DNA of 64,000 nucleotides from Polymyxa betae A26-41 (Eukaryota; Protista; Endomyxa: Phytomyxea): NCBI GenBank assembly GCA_003693705.1, contig RBZT01000338.1, positions 1 to 64,000 of the forward strand, read 5' to 3'. Shown piece by piece: positions 63,342 to 64,000 of this stretch (position 1 is its first letter; each line of letters starts with the position of its first letter). The notes under the pieces were generated by a model. It saw only the letters and a program-made list of their open reading frames with translations, ran no database searches and was not told where the DNA came from. The position numbers and the translations under genes were made by a program.

Positions 63342-63834
63342 TGGTGCTCCGATCGAATTCGAATCAGGCTCGAAAAATTCGAGCATGTATTCGACGAATC
63401 GAGCCTCGAGCCGACACTCTGACGAATGATTCGACGATTCGAGCAAATAAATTATATCCTGTGGAATCCTGCACTATAGATCTTCTACAGTGGAGGCAAT
63501 CGCAGATTTCTCGGTTTCTGAAGCTTGGCTTAACCGGAAAGGAAATTTTAGCCATCCCAGGTTCATCTGTCAGTGTCGAAAGGATTTTTTGCGTTGGTAA
63601 GGACGTCATCCTAAGCGACGGAACAGCCCAGAAACTATATCAGCATTGAAGTTCGCATTCATCGCCGGAAGTAAGCCAAATTATTGTCAAATAAAACTAT
63701 GTTTCGCAAGTTTCCTTTGATAACTATTTTTTGCCAAAAATCTTCGAGCCTGATTAGAGGCGCGATTCAAGATTCCGAATCGAACCTCGAGCTTTGGCAA
63801 AAGCTCGATTCGACTCGATTCGATCGGAGCCCTA
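63342..63834 (+). mobile_element. Internally deleted non-autonomous hAT element
   Basis: TIRs TGGTGCTCCGATCGAA / TTCGATCGGAGCCCTA. Imperfect 8-bp TSD AATCTGTG vs AAACTGTA. TCGA subterminal repeats. Dimerisation-domain fragment DLLQW...ILAIPGSSVSVERIFCVGKDVI. Confidence 0.88.
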
Positions 63835-64000
63835 AAACTGTACGAGTCTGTCGATGACGACGAGAGGTTGGATATAAGAGTGTGCGTCTGTATTCGGACA
63901 AATTGCACGGACTTCAGAGTGTTCTGGTTGTACAGTAGTCGAATATTTGTTTGATTACAGCAGTTAGCAACCGATTGATCATTCATCTGCCATCACACAG

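Overview
Eukaryotic nuclear DNA with moderate GC, short GT-AG introns and Pol III tRNA genes followed by T-runs. It is not prokaryotic. The content (many lineage-specific signal-peptide genes, TTAGGG/TTTTAGGG motifs, decayed TEs) suggests a protist parasite such as a plasmodiophorid, but this is inference only. Recognisable genes: a multi-intron condensin SMC2, a DUF1764 gene, two BTB/POZ genes, a Myb/SANT gene whose spliced model ends in a CaaX box, a PA-domain plus 7TM receptor-like gene, a 6-exon ~1476-aa secreted Pro/Ser/Thr-rich protein, several effector-like secreted proteins and four tRNAs (Pro, Val, two intron-containing Met). Near the right end is a tandem pair of secreted, bacterial-type 'half' phytochelatin synthases, followed by a P4-ATPase pseudogene, tRNA-Met and an intronless ElaA/YjcF-like GNAT. 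Copia, Gypsy, hAT and CMC-like transposon remnants are interspersed. The best candidate for a novel system is the secreted bacterial-type PCS pair with a diverged substrate loop, with or without the GNAT, as a possible horizontally acquired glutathione(-conjugate) processing module. Splice models were worked out by hand and family calls come from motif recognition, not database searches.
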